Positions 10,248 to 20,085 of a stretch of DNA of 64,000 nucleotides are shown here, piece after piece. The stretch is from an uncultured delta proteobacterium (GTDB taxonomy: Bacteria > Myxococcota > Kuafuiibacteriia > Kuafuiibacteriales > Kuafuiibacteriaceae): NCBI GenBank assembly GCA_963803435.1, contig CAWDML010000008.1, positions 718,833 to 782,832 of the forward strand. The letters run 5' to 3'. The translations under genes were made by a program, and so were the position numbers. Below the pieces are notes generated by a model. It had not been told where the DNA came from and did not search any database. It was given only the letters and a program-made list of their open reading frames with translations. The first letter of the stretch is position 1. Every line of letters begins with the position of its first letter.

Positions 10248-10285
10248 GCGAGCCTCGCACCACTCACTCTTCAAGAGCGGTGAGG

Positions 10286-10334
10286 GCTGGCGGCCCGACC
10301 AGCCCGGAACCTGCGGTGATGTCCACCGCACCCG
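10286..10334 (-). ncRNA. Probable nhaA-I motif RNA (Li+-I riboswitch)
   Basis: 5'UTR of nhaA reads GGGTGCGGTG-GACAT-CACCGCAGGTTCCGGGCTGGTCGGGCCGCCAGC: a perfect TGCGGTG/CACCGCA stem followed by GGTCGGGCCGCC, matching my recollection of the nhaA-I consensus. Confidence 0.7.
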
Positions 10335-10504
10335 TCGTGTTCCGGCAAGATAGCGGATCCTGGAGGCGATGGCCACGACCAACCATCCGGCGATGGTGCC
10401 GTCCTCCCGACCCTGCGGTGACCCGTGAGGATCAGCGAGCGGTCAGACACGCCGATCGCGAGCGCGTAGTGCAGCCGACCGTTGTATGCGGGCTCGACGG
10501 GCGC

Positions 10505-10964
10505 TCACAGGAGGCGCTTCAAGAGCGCGTTCATCTTCCACTCGCCGCGGAGGTGCTTCCGGGCGGTGGATGACATGGCAGCGAGGAGGCGCTCGGTCGA
10601 CCGTAGGGCGTTGCTGACGAGCGTGGTGGGGGCGTTGCCAAGGGGCGCCGCCTCGCGTGAGGAGCTCATCGATCACCGGGAGAGCTCCCCGCAGGCTCGT
10701 GAGCACGCATCTCTCGGGTCGCGTCCGACCTCTCGCATGCGACCGCGTCCGGATCCCGGCGTTGGCGAGCGCGTTCGCGGTGCCCACCGAGAGCTCGAGC
10801 TCGTCGACCGGTCGCGCGGGGTGGGGGTTCAGCGACGGCTCCTCCCTTGGCGGTGGTGCGAAGGCCGCACGGACGACCTCCTGCCGCGCGGAGCGCTCGT
10901 CGCGCCAGCGCACGAGATCGCCCTCGTCCGGCACCGGCGGCTGGCGCCCGAGCGCGTCTTTCAC
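10505..10964 (-). pseudogene. Degraded gene containing an RNA polymerase alpha-CTD-like segment
   Basis: LNPHPARPVDELELSVGTANALANAGIRT resembles the RpoA C-terminal domain; reading frame breaks afterwards. Confidence 0.45.
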
Positions 10965-10976
10965 GCGGATTTGGCC

Positions 10977-11495
10977 TCAACGGCGCACGCCGGGGCGCGT
11001 AGGCACCGGGTTGCGCCGCACGATCTCGGCGTTGATCGCGCCGGCGAAGCCGACCCACGCCAGGTAGGGGAGGGCGGCCGCGGCCGCGGGTCGGTCGGCG
11101 CGCCGCGCGATGCACGTGTAGCCGAGCAGCGTCGCCGCCAGCAGGCCGAGATCGACCAGGGCCGTGCGCGGCGCGCGACGCCGGAAGAAGAGCCACGACC
11201 AGAGACCGTTGAACCCGAGCTGCGCCGCCCAGAGCACGAGCGCACCGCTGCGTGCCGGCGAGCGCGCCGCGCGCCAGACGCGCCACCCGGAGATCGCGGC
11301 CAGCGTGTAGAGGACGCCCCAGACCGGGCCGAACACCCAGCTCGGCGGCTGAAAGGGCGGCTTGTCGAGCGAGCGGTACCAGGCGCTCCGGTCGGGATCT
11401 CCGGTGGCGGCGCGGGCGGCGAGGGCGACTCCGAGCGTGGCCGCACCGAACGCTGCGAGCGCGGCGGTGGCTCCGGTCGGGGATGATCGTTGCAT
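10977..11495 (-). CDS. tspO: TspO/MBR family tryptophan-rich sensory protein
   Basis: WYRSLDKPPFQPPSWVFGPVWGVLY, QLGFNGLWSWLFF and LPYLAWVGFA motifs. Confidence 0.93.
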   Translation of the reverse strand: MQRSSPTGATAALAAFGAATLGVALAARAATGDPDRSAWYRSLDKPPFQPPSWVFGPVWGVLYTLAAISGWRVWRAARSPARSGALVLWAAQLGFNGLWSWLFFRRRAPRTALVDLGLLAATLLGYTCIARRADRPAAAAALPYLAWVGFAGAINAEIVRRNPVPTRPGVRR

Positions 11496-11535
11496 GCCGA
11501 TTCGGCACGCACGTTCCGTTCCAGCGCTGCGGCGG

Positions 11536-12036
11536 TCAGCGCGCGCGTGCGAGCTGATCGACGGCCCGCAGGAGCGTCGGCATCCGCGACTCTCCGTGCA
11601 TCGAGGCCACCCGCCCCGCCGCGGCCTTCGGGTCGTCCGTGGCGCTCACCCACAGCGGGCGCCGCGAGGTGCCGCGCAACAGCGGGACCGCCTCGGCGCC
11701 GCGGAACTCGCTCTTCGCCACGCCGACGATCGAGCAGCCGCCCTCCAGGGCGTCGAACAGGTGACGGCCGAGGCCGGGATGCCCGCCGCCGAGGTCGACG
11801 TAGCCGTCGACGATGATCGCGGCGAGCGCTCGCTCGCTCCGGACCTCCGCGATCAGCGGCAGGATGCAGGGGAGCTCCCGCTCGAAGAAGGCGCCCGGCC
11901 GGTAGGGACGGAGGCCGCCGTGTGTGCGGGTCAGCTCGAGCTCGGCGGTCGCGGCGGTCCAGTCCGCGAAGAGGAGGCCGGCGACCCGCGCGAGATCCTC
12001 CTCCTCGTGATAGCAGACGTCGACGGCGAGGAGCAT
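11536..12036 (-). CDS. Endonuclease V family protein
   Basis: MLLAVDVCY, PYRPGAFFERELPCI, IIVDGYV, VGVAKS and PTLLRAVD motifs; start overlaps upstream stop. Confidence 0.88.
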   Translation of the reverse strand: MLLAVDVCYHEEEDLARVAGLLFADWTAATAELELTRTHGGLRPYRPGAFFERELPCILPLIAEVRSERALAAIIVDGYVDLGGGHPGLGRHLFDALEGGCSIVGVAKSEFRGAEAVPLLRGTSRRPLWVSATDDPKAAAGRVASMHGESRMPTLLRAVDQLARAR

Positions 12037-12749
12037 CACCCGGCCCAGGGGAGCGAGTCGCTGTCGAGATCCTCGAACCAGATCCACCCGACCAGGCCGC
12101 TCGACGACCTGATCAGGAACGCGTCGCAGCTCGCGAAGGGCGAGTCCTCCTGCTTCTTGCAAGCCGACTTGCGCGGCAGGTAGCCGATGATGTCGACCGG
12201 CTTGCCGGGCGCGAGCACGCCGACCACGCCCTTGTGCTCCGGCGTGCGGAAGAGCTTCGGGCTCCCCTTCGGCTTGCCGCTGCTGCCGGCGTAGAAGAAC
12301 GCCTGCTCGACGCGCACGAGCTTGCCGTGGGACAGCTCCAGCTTGTCGGTGGTCTTGAAGAAGCCGAGCCACGGCTCGATCCGCACCGTGCCATTGCCGG
12401 GAAGCTCGGGCGGCGTGGGGAGCTCACCGCCGAACGCCCCCAGCAAGGAGAGCTTCCCCTTGGCATAGCCGACCACGAGGAAGTGGTGAAGGTCGCCGCC
12501 GTCCGGATCGCTCTCGATCAGGAGCTCGCGCGCGCCATCGCCGCTGTCGAGATCGATGACCGCGAAGCCGGCGACCGGATCCTCCCCGATCTCCTGCTCG
12601 AGGGTGGCGGCGCCGACGTGCACCGAGGCGCGCCGCCCCTTCTGCTCGACGGAGATCTTCTCGGGTCGACCGTCGCCGTCGAGGTCCGCCTCAGCGGCCT
12701 TCACGTACTGGAGCTGGCTGGTGATCAGCGCGACGAACAGGAGCTGCAC
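12036..12749 (-). CDS. Secreted hypothetical protein with DLDGDG-type repeats and possible SH3-like C-terminus
   Basis: ADLDGDGRPE and IDLDSGDG motifs; GC-biased codon usage; translationally coupled to the endonuclease V gene. Confidence 0.6.
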   Translation of the reverse strand: MQLLFVALITSQLQYVKAAEADLDGDGRPEKISVEQKGRRASVHVGAATLEQEIGEDPVAGFAVIDLDSGDGARELLIESDPDGGDLHHFLVVGYAKGKLSLLGAFGGELPTPPELPGNGTVRIEPWLGFFKTTDKLELSHGKLVRVEQAFFYAGSSGKPKGSPKLFRTPEHKGVVGVLAPGKPVDIIGYLPRKSACKKQEDSPFASCDAFLIRSSSGLVGWIWFEDLDSDSLPWAG

Positions 12750-12915
12750 AGGGCGCGCAGCTTACTACGAGCCCGGCCCCGCTTCCCCTGGGATCGTGGT
12801 CACGATTCTTCGCTACGTTGTGGCCGATAACGATCCCGGCGCCGGCGGCGGCCTCGAGCGCGCTCCAGAGACGCTTCACGGCTTTGGCCCGCCTCGACCG
12901 GCGTGATCACCATGC

Positions 12916-13330
12916 TCACCGCACACAGCGTCTTTCCAGGGCCATGGCGCGATCCGAGGAGCGGTCGTCGATCGCTTGGAGGTGCGCGCTCACCTGCCGG
13001 AGCTGCTTCGCGTCGAGCCAGCCCTTCGCCCGCGAGACCCACAGGTTGCGGTTCGGTGGGCGGGCCTTGGCGTTCTCGAGCTGCGTTCCGCGGGCGAAGT
13101 CGCGCTCTGCAGCGCGGAGGAGCGCGCGGGCGATCCGTCGTGATGCGCGCCGGCCCTCCTTCGAGCGGAGATCATAGTCCACCACCAACCGCTGTCCCGC
13201 CGCGGTGTAGCGCGCTTCGACCCGGCCGCTCTCGGGTGCCGACTTGCGCGTCACCAGCCCCGCGCGTCCGAGGAGCTGGAGGTGGTCGTACAGCGCCGAC
13301 ACCCGCATCCCCATCTGGAGCGCGACGACT
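12916..13330 (-). pseudogene. Winged-helix (ArsR-like) regulator, probably 5'-truncated
   Basis: VALQMGMRVSALYDHLQLLGRAGLV...VEARY wHTH pattern; no clear start. Confidence 0.5.
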
Positions 13331-13379
13331 GAGTGTTTGGAGGGCAGCCTTCGATCGCGCCGAGTGCTAGACAAGGACT

Positions 13380-13754
13380 ATGATCAACGCATCCTGTCAC
13401 TGCGGCGCGGTCCGGTTCGAGATCGCGGAGCCACCCGAGATGCTCACCCTGTGCAACTGCTCCATCTGCCGTCGCATCGCAGGCCTGTGGGCGTACTACC
13501 GGCCGGAGCAGGTCAAGCTGGTGTCGCCCCCGGGAGCCACGCTCGCATATGTATGGGGCGATCGGTTTCTCGAGCTGCACACCTGCCGAACGTGCGGATG
13601 CACCACGCACTCGGAGCGCATCGAAAAGGAGGGCGCAGAGCGGATGGGCGTGAACGCGCGGATGATGGACCCCTCGGTGATCGCAGGTTTGCGCGTGCGC
13701 CATCTCGACGGAGCGGACACTTGGGAGGTCCTCGCCTGGAGCGTCCACGGTTGA
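13380..13754 (+). CDS. GFA/CENP-V family protein
   Basis: ASCHCGAVRF, CNCSICRR and CRTCGC motifs; AAGGA RBS. Confidence 0.9.
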   Translation: MINASCHCGAVRFEIAEPPEMLTLCNCSICRRIAGLWAYYRPEQVKLVSPPGATLAYVWGDRFLELHTCRTCGCTTHSERIEKEGAERMGVNARMMDPSVIAGLRVRHLDGADTWEVLAWSVHG

Positions 13755-14264
13755 CTCCGCGCACCACGCCGCCGCCGCGCGAGATCTTCCGGCGCTCATC
13801 GTCGTAGCTCATCGCCATCCACCGGCGGCTCCATTTCGGTTACGGGATCTCAACGCCAACACCGGCCCCATCGACATCGTGTCTCATGATCCGGCGACGC
13901 AAACCTGGGCCCAACATCTCACCGTGCAGACGGAGAGCATCGAGCGTTTCGTGGTGATCGGCGACGAGCTGTGGGCCCCCGGGTCCGACGCCCGCGGCCC
14001 CGAGGCCACGGGCTGCGAGTATGCCAGCGGCAACGCCAGCCACGAGTGGACGATCCGAACCAGCTCTTCGGCTCCGCGCACCTCTGCCTCGGCTACGTGC
14101 AGGGCTCGACGCGCCCCGAGCAGCGGCTGCGCCACCAGAGCGACTGGGCGAAGTTCATCATCGTCTTCCCGAACTCCACCGGCCGCGGCGGGATCCAGCT
14201 CAGGCACCTTCAACACGAACCAGAAGGGGCTCGACGGCATGGGCGGCCGCCACTTGGACTCGAG

Positions 14265-15338
14265 CTACCGCGTGCTGCCGCCGGTCGAGGTGGAGCGCTG
14301 ATCGCTCGACTCCTCCGCGCAGGGCCCGAGCCGCGCGCGGAGCAGCTCCAGCGGCATCGCCAGCTCGATCGAGAAGGAGCCACCCTCGGGGCGGACCGAA
14401 GCGGTCTCGAGGAGCTCGGAGAGATCCTCGTCGCCCTCGGCGCGAGCGCGGATGCGCGCGACCGCGAGCGCGCCGCCGATCATCAGGCCCAGGTCCTCGA
14501 GCCCCCGGGTGTCCTCGCCGCGAACCTCCGCCACCAGCGCGACGTCCGAGCTGGCGTCGACGTGCAGCTCGATGTCCTTCGCCACCGCCGTCAGCTTCTC
14601 CTCGAGGCCCTCGGTGTCGGGGAGGACGCGCGCGAGGAGCTCGGGCGTGACGTGGCCGTACGCCTCGCCGTAGCTCTCCGACTCGTCGACCGGAGGCTCG
14701 ACGGCCGGGCCGCGCGACTCGAGGCGATCGATCGCCGCCTGCACGCCGGCCTCGTCGGGGGCCATGATCAGGAGCTCGTCGTTCCAGCGGCCGATGACCT
14801 CGCCTCCTCCGCTCGTGTGGATCGCGCCGTGGTCTCCGTACGGCGACGCAGGGCCGAGCAGGCTGGTGTCGAGCTTGTCGAAGTAGCCCGAGATGATCGT
14901 CGTTCGATCGGGACCGACGGCGATGCGATCGACGTCCTCCAGCGGATCGATCCCGGTCTCGCGAACGACCTCCTCGAGATCGTTCTTCTGCATCTCGTTC
15001 ATGCAGCGGAGCAGCATCTCGGCCGCCGGGCTGTGACGGATCGCGTTCGCCTCGATCACCATCGCGCCGGTGCCCGGCTGCATGGGTGGCAGCGCGCGGA
15101 GGACCGGATCGAGCACCGCCGGTGTCGGCGGCTGATCGGGCGAAGAGGGGGGAGGCGGCGGCAGCAGGGTCCGCCGGCGGTCGCGCCGCTGGATCTCCAC
15201 AGCCTGCGGGTGGCGAGGGAAGTGGACCTCCTGGCCCCTCGGCTTGGGACCGGTGTCGAGCTCCTCGCCGGTTCGCATCAACCAGGCGGCGAGGAGAAGG
15301 AGCAGGCCTGCGGTCAGGAGCCAACGTGCGCGCTTCAT
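14265..15338 (-). CDS. Membrane-anchored hypothetical protein, third gene of ABC operon
   Basis: N-terminal TM, Pro-rich linker; start overlaps the permease stop. Confidence 0.65.
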   Translation of the reverse strand: MKRARWLLTAGLLLLLAAWLMRTGEELDTGPKPRGQEVHFPRHPQAVEIQRRDRRRTLLPPPPPSSPDQPPTPAVLDPVLRALPPMQPGTGAMVIEANAIRHSPAAEMLLRCMNEMQKNDLEEVVRETGIDPLEDVDRIAVGPDRTTIISGYFDKLDTSLLGPASPYGDHGAIHTSGGGEVIGRWNDELLIMAPDEAGVQAAIDRLESRGPAVEPPVDESESYGEAYGHVTPELLARVLPDTEGLEEKLTAVAKDIELHVDASSDVALVAEVRGEDTRGLEDLGLMIGGALAVARIRARAEGDEDLSELLETASVRPEGGSFSIELAMPLELLRARLGPCAEESSDQRSTSTGGSTR

Positions 15339-16171
15339 CAGTAGTCCGCCTGTTCGAAACGCCAGGTCCCCAGCGCGACCATCCCCAGTCCGAACACCAC
15401 CATGCCCGCCATCCGCCTGGCCAGCTCCGCCGGGTTGATCGGGCCGGAGCCTGCGATCTCCATCGCGAGCTCGCCGACGGTGGAGACGGGCGGGAGGCAG
15501 ATCGACAGCAGCTCGAAGAGGATCCGCGAGGTCTCCGAGGAGAACGACGGTGCGATCTCGTAGCGGTAGCTGGCGACGATGCCGGCGACGTAGAGCGCCA
15601 GACCGACGGAGCCGGAGACCGCGGCGCTCCGGGCGAAGACGGAGGCTGCGAGCATCGCGCCGTAGATCGCGGCGAAGGTGAGCGATCCGAGCAGGCCGGC
15701 GTAGAGGAGCTGCGGGGCATAGACGCCGGTCTTGACGCCGAGCACCAGGACCACGCCGCCGGCGGCGTAGAGCGCAGCGACCACGCCGATCCCCACCACG
15801 CCGGCGTAGGTGCCGATCAGCAGGGAGGCGCGCCGGACCGGGAGCGAGAGCAGGTGCTCGATCCGACCGGGCGCGAGCAGGTTGGGGCCGAAGTCGGCGC
15901 AGGCGAGCACGCCGAAGATCAGGCCGCAGTAGAAGATCACTGCGGCCGCGCCGCGGAAGAGCGGGCGGAGGGCCACGTCGACGGCCTGGATCTCCATGCG
16001 CTCCTGGCGGCCGAAGAAGCGGACCGCCGCCAGCGCGCCGTCGACGACCTGGAGCTCGAGCGTGAAGGCGAGCGTGATCAGGAGCAGCGCGATCACCACC
16101 GCCAGCGCGAGCAGCCAGCGGCGCGATGCGGCCTCCTGGAGCACATCGAGCGCGACGTAGACCGCGCTCAT
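15338..16171 (-). CDS. ABC transporter permease (ABC-2 type)
   Basis: About 6 TM segments, GRIEHLLSLPVRR motif; ATG overlaps ATPase stop. Confidence 0.85.
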   Translation of the reverse strand: MSAVYVALDVLQEAASRRWLLALAVVIALLLITLAFTLELQVVDGALAAVRFFGRQERMEIQAVDVALRPLFRGAAAVIFYCGLIFGVLACADFGPNLLAPGRIEHLLSLPVRRASLLIGTYAGVVGIGVVAALYAAGGVVLVLGVKTGVYAPQLLYAGLLGSLTFAAIYGAMLAASVFARSAAVSGSVGLALYVAGIVASYRYEIAPSFSSETSRILFELLSICLPPVSTVGELAMEIAGSGPINPAELARRMAGMVVFGLGMVALGTWRFEQADY

Positions 16172-17071
16172 CCGCCGACCTCGGCCCGGAGCAGATCCTC
16201 GAGGCTCCGGGTCTCGCGGCCGAGGCGGATCAGGAGGGCGCCGCCGGCGCGGGCGCGATCGAGCGCCGCGTTGAGCTCGGCCTCCCCCTCGGCCTCGAGC
16301 GTGAACGCGCCCGGCTCGGAGCCGGCGGTGAAGCCGGCCGCCAGGATCGGCGCCGGATCGCCGGCGCTGAAGAGGGCGCGCCAGCGGTTCTTCGTGATCG
16401 CGAGCGCCTCGATCAGGCCCTCCTTGATCAGGCGTCCGCCGTGGAGGATGCCGACGCGATCGCAGATCCGCTCCGTCTCCGAGAGCAGGTGCGAGTTGAG
16501 GAACAGCGTGGCGCCGCGGGCCCGCTCCTCCTTGAGCAGATCGCGGATGGCGGCGCGGCCGATCGGATCGACACCGTCGGTCGGCTCGTCGAGCACGAGC
16601 AGCTCCGGCTCGCCGAGGAGCGCGGCGGCGAGGCCGAGGCGCTGCTTCATCCCCTTGGAGAAGGTCCTGATCTTCACGTTCCGCTCCGCCTCGAGCCCGA
16701 CGCGCGCGAGCTGGCGCTCCAGCGCACGCGCCGTCAGCGGGACGCGCTTGAGGCGCGCGATGCTCCGGAGGAACGCGGCCGCCGACCATGCCGGCGGGAG
16801 CGCGAGATGCTCGGGGAGATAGCCCATGCGACGGCGGATTCCGCACCTCCTCGGGCGCGCCGCCGAGCACCCGGATGCGGCCCTCGCTGGGACGCACCAC
16901 GTCGAGCATCGTCTTGATGAAGGTGGTCTTGCCGGCGCCGTTGAGGCCGATGAGCCCGAAGCTGGCGCCGGCCGGGAGGGCGAGGTCGACGCCCGCGAGC
17001 GCGCGTCGCCCGGGACGGCCGAGGCCGGCGGAGTAGACCTTCCCGATGCCGGCGGCCTCGAGCGCGAGCAC
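16168..17071 (-). CDS. ABC transporter ATP-binding protein, frameshifted near 16840
   Basis: Walker A GLNGAGKTT in one frame; FSKGMKQR, LVLDEPT and NSHLLSE in another; one extra base joins them. Confidence 0.88.
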
Positions 17072-17197
17072 CGGCCGATGCTACCGCGGCTTCGGGCTCG
17101 ATTGCTCCCGCGGTCGCCGTCCCGCACCTTTGGCCGCGCGTTCTCCCCGCGAGGTATGCTCGGCAGAGCGGCTCGCCGCCGGGAGGAGATGTATGCC

Positions 17198-17602
17198 ATG
17201 GGTTGGGTACGGAGACGGACGAGCGCCTGGCTGGTGCTCACGCTGGCTGCGTGCTCGGTGTCGGCCGTGAGCACGTCCGAGTACCAGCCGATCGAGGATG
17301 CCTCGACCTTCAAGAGCCACGTGGGCGAGAAGGTCCAGATCGAGGGGAGCTGCGCTTCGACCATCGCGCAGCACCTGGTGGGCGGTTTCGAGTCACATCC
17401 GTACTCGACGTACTTCGACGTGGGGCGTCGGCAGATCGTGATCTACTCGAAGACCGCGGCTCCCGAGCGGGGACGGCACCGCGTGTATGGCACCGTGGTC
17501 GAGGTTCGCGGGCCGCCGAAACGCCCGGGACAGCCGCCGTCGAAGGCGGACGACAACCAAGCGGAGTACCACCTCCTCGCGGATCGCTGGGAAGCGCTCT
17601 GA
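17198..17602 (+). CDS. Lipoprotein, hypothetical (OB-fold-like)
   Basis: GGAGG RBS; lipobox LAAC; HVGEKVQIEG...RVYGTVVE. Confidence 0.65.
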   Translation: MGWVRRRTSAWLVLTLAACSVSAVSTSEYQPIEDASTFKSHVGEKVQIEGSCASTIAQHLVGGFESHPYSTYFDVGRRQIVIYSKTAAPERGRHRVYGTVVEVRGPPKRPGQPPSKADDNQAEYHLLADRWEAL

Positions 17603-17793
17603 TCGCTAGCCGAAGCGCGCTGTCGATCGGCGGGTTGTTCGCGACCGTGATCCAGCTGTCGCCGCGGTAGTGGAGACCGGCCTCCGCGAGCAGGGCGCCG
17701 AGCGAGCGATCGAGCGTCCCTGTCCGAGGATGGCGACGCGCACGATGCGCCGGATGGTGCCCAAGCGGTCTCGCGCTTGCAGCGGATCCCGAC

Positions 17794-18680
17794 ATGGTTC
17801 GACCAACGACGAAAGATCCACGCAAGCGCGAGCCGAAGCCTCCCTTTCCTCCGCAGATGCAGCCGCACCCCGGGCACGAGCACGAGATGAGGCCACCTCC
17901 CGACTACGGCGAGGAGTCGTATCAGGGCCACGGCCGGCTCCAGGGGAAGGCCGCGCTGATCACGGGCGGTGACAGCGGCATCGGGCGCGCGGTGGCGCTC
18001 GCGTTCGCGCGGGAGGGCGCCGACGTCGGCATTGGCTATTTCGTCGCGGACCGTGACGCGCGGGAGACGGTCGACCTGATCGAGCGGGAGGGGCGTAAGA
18101 CGTTCGCGTTCAAGGGGGACATCTCGCGCCGCGAGAACTGTCGTGAGCTGATCGGACGGGCGGTCGAAGAGCTCGGACACCTCGAGATCCTCGTCAACAA
18201 TGCAGGGTACCAGGGGAAGGTGGTCGAGACGATCGAGGAGATCTCGGAGGAGCGGCTCGAGCACACGTTCCGGACGAACATCCTATCGATGTTCATGCTG
18301 GTGCAAGCGGCCTTGCCGCACCTTCTACCGGGCAGCGCGATCATCAACGTAGCCTCGATCCAGGCCTACCACCCGAGCCCATCCATCCTCGACTACGCCT
18401 CGACCAAGGGTGCGATCGTGACGTTCACGAAGGGGCTGGCGGAGGAGCTCACCCCCCGCGGCATACGGGTGAACGCCGTCGCACCGGGCGCGGTCTGGAC
18501 CCCGCTGGTGGTGCAGTCGTTCGACGAGGAGAAGGTGAAGAGCTTCGGGCGGAACAACCTGCTGGGGCGTCCTGCGCAGCCGGTCGAGCTGTCTCCGGCG
18601 TTCGTGTTCCTCGCCTCGGACGAGGCGAGCTTCGTGACGGGCGAGATCCTCGGCGTCACGGGGGGCGGATCCTGCCGTAG
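17794..18680 (+). CDS. SDR family oxidoreductase (YhdF/YghA-like)
   Basis: ITGGDSGIGRA, LVNNAG, YASTK and NAVAPG motifs; true end probably VTGGRILP* (TAG 18678-18680) with an indel in the G run; abuts IS end. Confidence 0.92.
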
Positions 18681-18751
18681 AGCCGGTCCAGAAACCGTTC
18701 CGTTCGCAGTTTGCTGTTTCGTCGTTCTGTCATTCGCTGTTCGATCCGGCG

Positions 18752-19090
18752 ATGAAGGGCGATGACATCGCAGAACGACTGCTCAAGTTTGCGAAGCGTG
18801 TACTTCTGCTTTGCCGCGAGTTCCCAAACGACTTTGCCGGCAAGCACGTTGTCCGACAGCTGATCCGGTGTTCATCCGGAGGTGGTGCGAATGACGAGGC
18901 AGCGCGTGGCGGCGAGAGCCTTGCCGACTTCATCCACAAGATGGCGGTCGCTCGCAAGGATGGTTGCGTCTTGCCGATCCGGAGCTGATGCAGGGGGCGG
19001 AGATCGCTTCGCTGATCCGAGAGGCCAACGAACTCTCTGCGATTCTGACGAGCTCCATCAAGACGGCGAAGGCTCGATCAGGGAAGTCAT
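18752..19090 (+). pseudogene. Four-helix-bundle protein (23S rRNA IVP-like), frameshifted
   Basis: ERLLKFAKRV...QLIRCSSGGGANDEA...ESLADFIHKMAVARK / EANELSAILTSSIKT; ~19-bp deletion relative to copy 2. Confidence 0.85.
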
Positions 19091-19397
19091 CGAGCTTGCT
19101 GGAACGCGATGATCGCGCACGCAAGATGAACCAGCCCGAGATACCGCGATCCCGTTCGTTCCACCGCACGAGTCATGCGCGGAACTGGTTGTGCCAAGCG
19201 TTCGTGCTCGACAACCCAGCGCCGCGGCCTACCGCGGACACAGCCAGCGAGTGCAGGCTCGCCGCGGCGGCGGATAGGCGGTTTGATCCGGCGCGCTCGA
19301 ATGGCGGCCTCGACATCCGCGTAGTCGTACGCTTCGGGAGTCACGGCTCAATGCGTTTCCACAGGGCGTCCGGAAGATTTGCGAATCTTGCCTGCAT
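19087..19397 (-). pseudogene. IS5-family transposase remnant (N- and C-termini fused by deletion)
   Basis: MQARFANLPDALWKRIEP* joined directly to YDYADVEAAI...RRWVVE...YLGLVHLACAII. Confidence 0.85.
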
Positions 19398-19779
19398 CGA
19401 CTCTGCAGGACACTCGATCGAGCACGATGCAACAACGGCCGCTTTGAATAGCGAATGAGCAGAACGAGCGAAACAGGAAACGCGGAACGGTCCGGAGGTT
19501 TTCGGACCGGCTCTTATGTACCTCGCTCAGGCGCCCTCGCCCACGAACGAGCCGTGCGGCCGACCGCGGACTGTATGGAACCCTCCGGTGGCCTCCTGGC
19601 ACGGAGAACCGTGCGGCGATGAGCCACGATCGACCGCTTTCGAGGACCGTTGACCGTGTGACCTCGCGAGTCGTGGGGCTGCGATACTGTCCAAGCTTGC
19701 TCGACGTGGACCTCGACGGGCCCGAAGCACTCCTCCGGGATTCGGCACCGACAAATCCAAGAAAGTGAATGGAACTGAA

Positions 19780-19980
19780 ATGAGTAACACCAAGAAGAAC
19801 GGCAGCCCGAAGATCTTCCGCATCACGCTCGAGAGGCTCGGCGTGCTGTCTCCGTTCCAGGTCCACGGTCAGCCCGCGAGCGAGGTGCTCGAGCGCCCGT
19901 GGGGCGAGCGCTCCTTCTACGTCACCGACACTTGGGGCAACGAGCTTTGCTTCGTGCAGGAAGGCACGCTCTACACGTGA
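19780..19980 (+). pseudogene. VOC/glyoxalase family protein with internal deletion
   Basis: PKIFRITLE joined to RPWGERSFYVTDTWGNELCFV; too short for a whole VOC domain. Confidence 0.65.
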
Positions 19981-20085
19981 AACGCGCGGACGCCGGAGGA
20001 AGAACCACGTCTCCGGCGACGCTGGACGCGGCGAAGAGCGCGGGCGGTGGGTCCTCTGGGTCGGTTTCCGGCTACAGTCGCGACC

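Larger units (their letters stand above)
18680..19513 (-). mobile_element. IS5-family element, internally deleted copy, with four-helix-bundle passenger gene
   Basis: TIRs GAGCCGGTCC(AG/GA)AAACC; near-identical inverted copy of 50456-51792 lacking ~480 bp of the transposase. Confidence 0.9.

Noticed and set aside
13840-14301. Intact gene between the GFA gene and the ABC operon
   Set aside because: Looks like joined fragments without a coherent start or domain; not assignable.
18681-18765. C-terminal extension of the SDR in the ORF track
   Set aside because: Probably an indel in the G run at ~18660 causing read-through into IS sequence.
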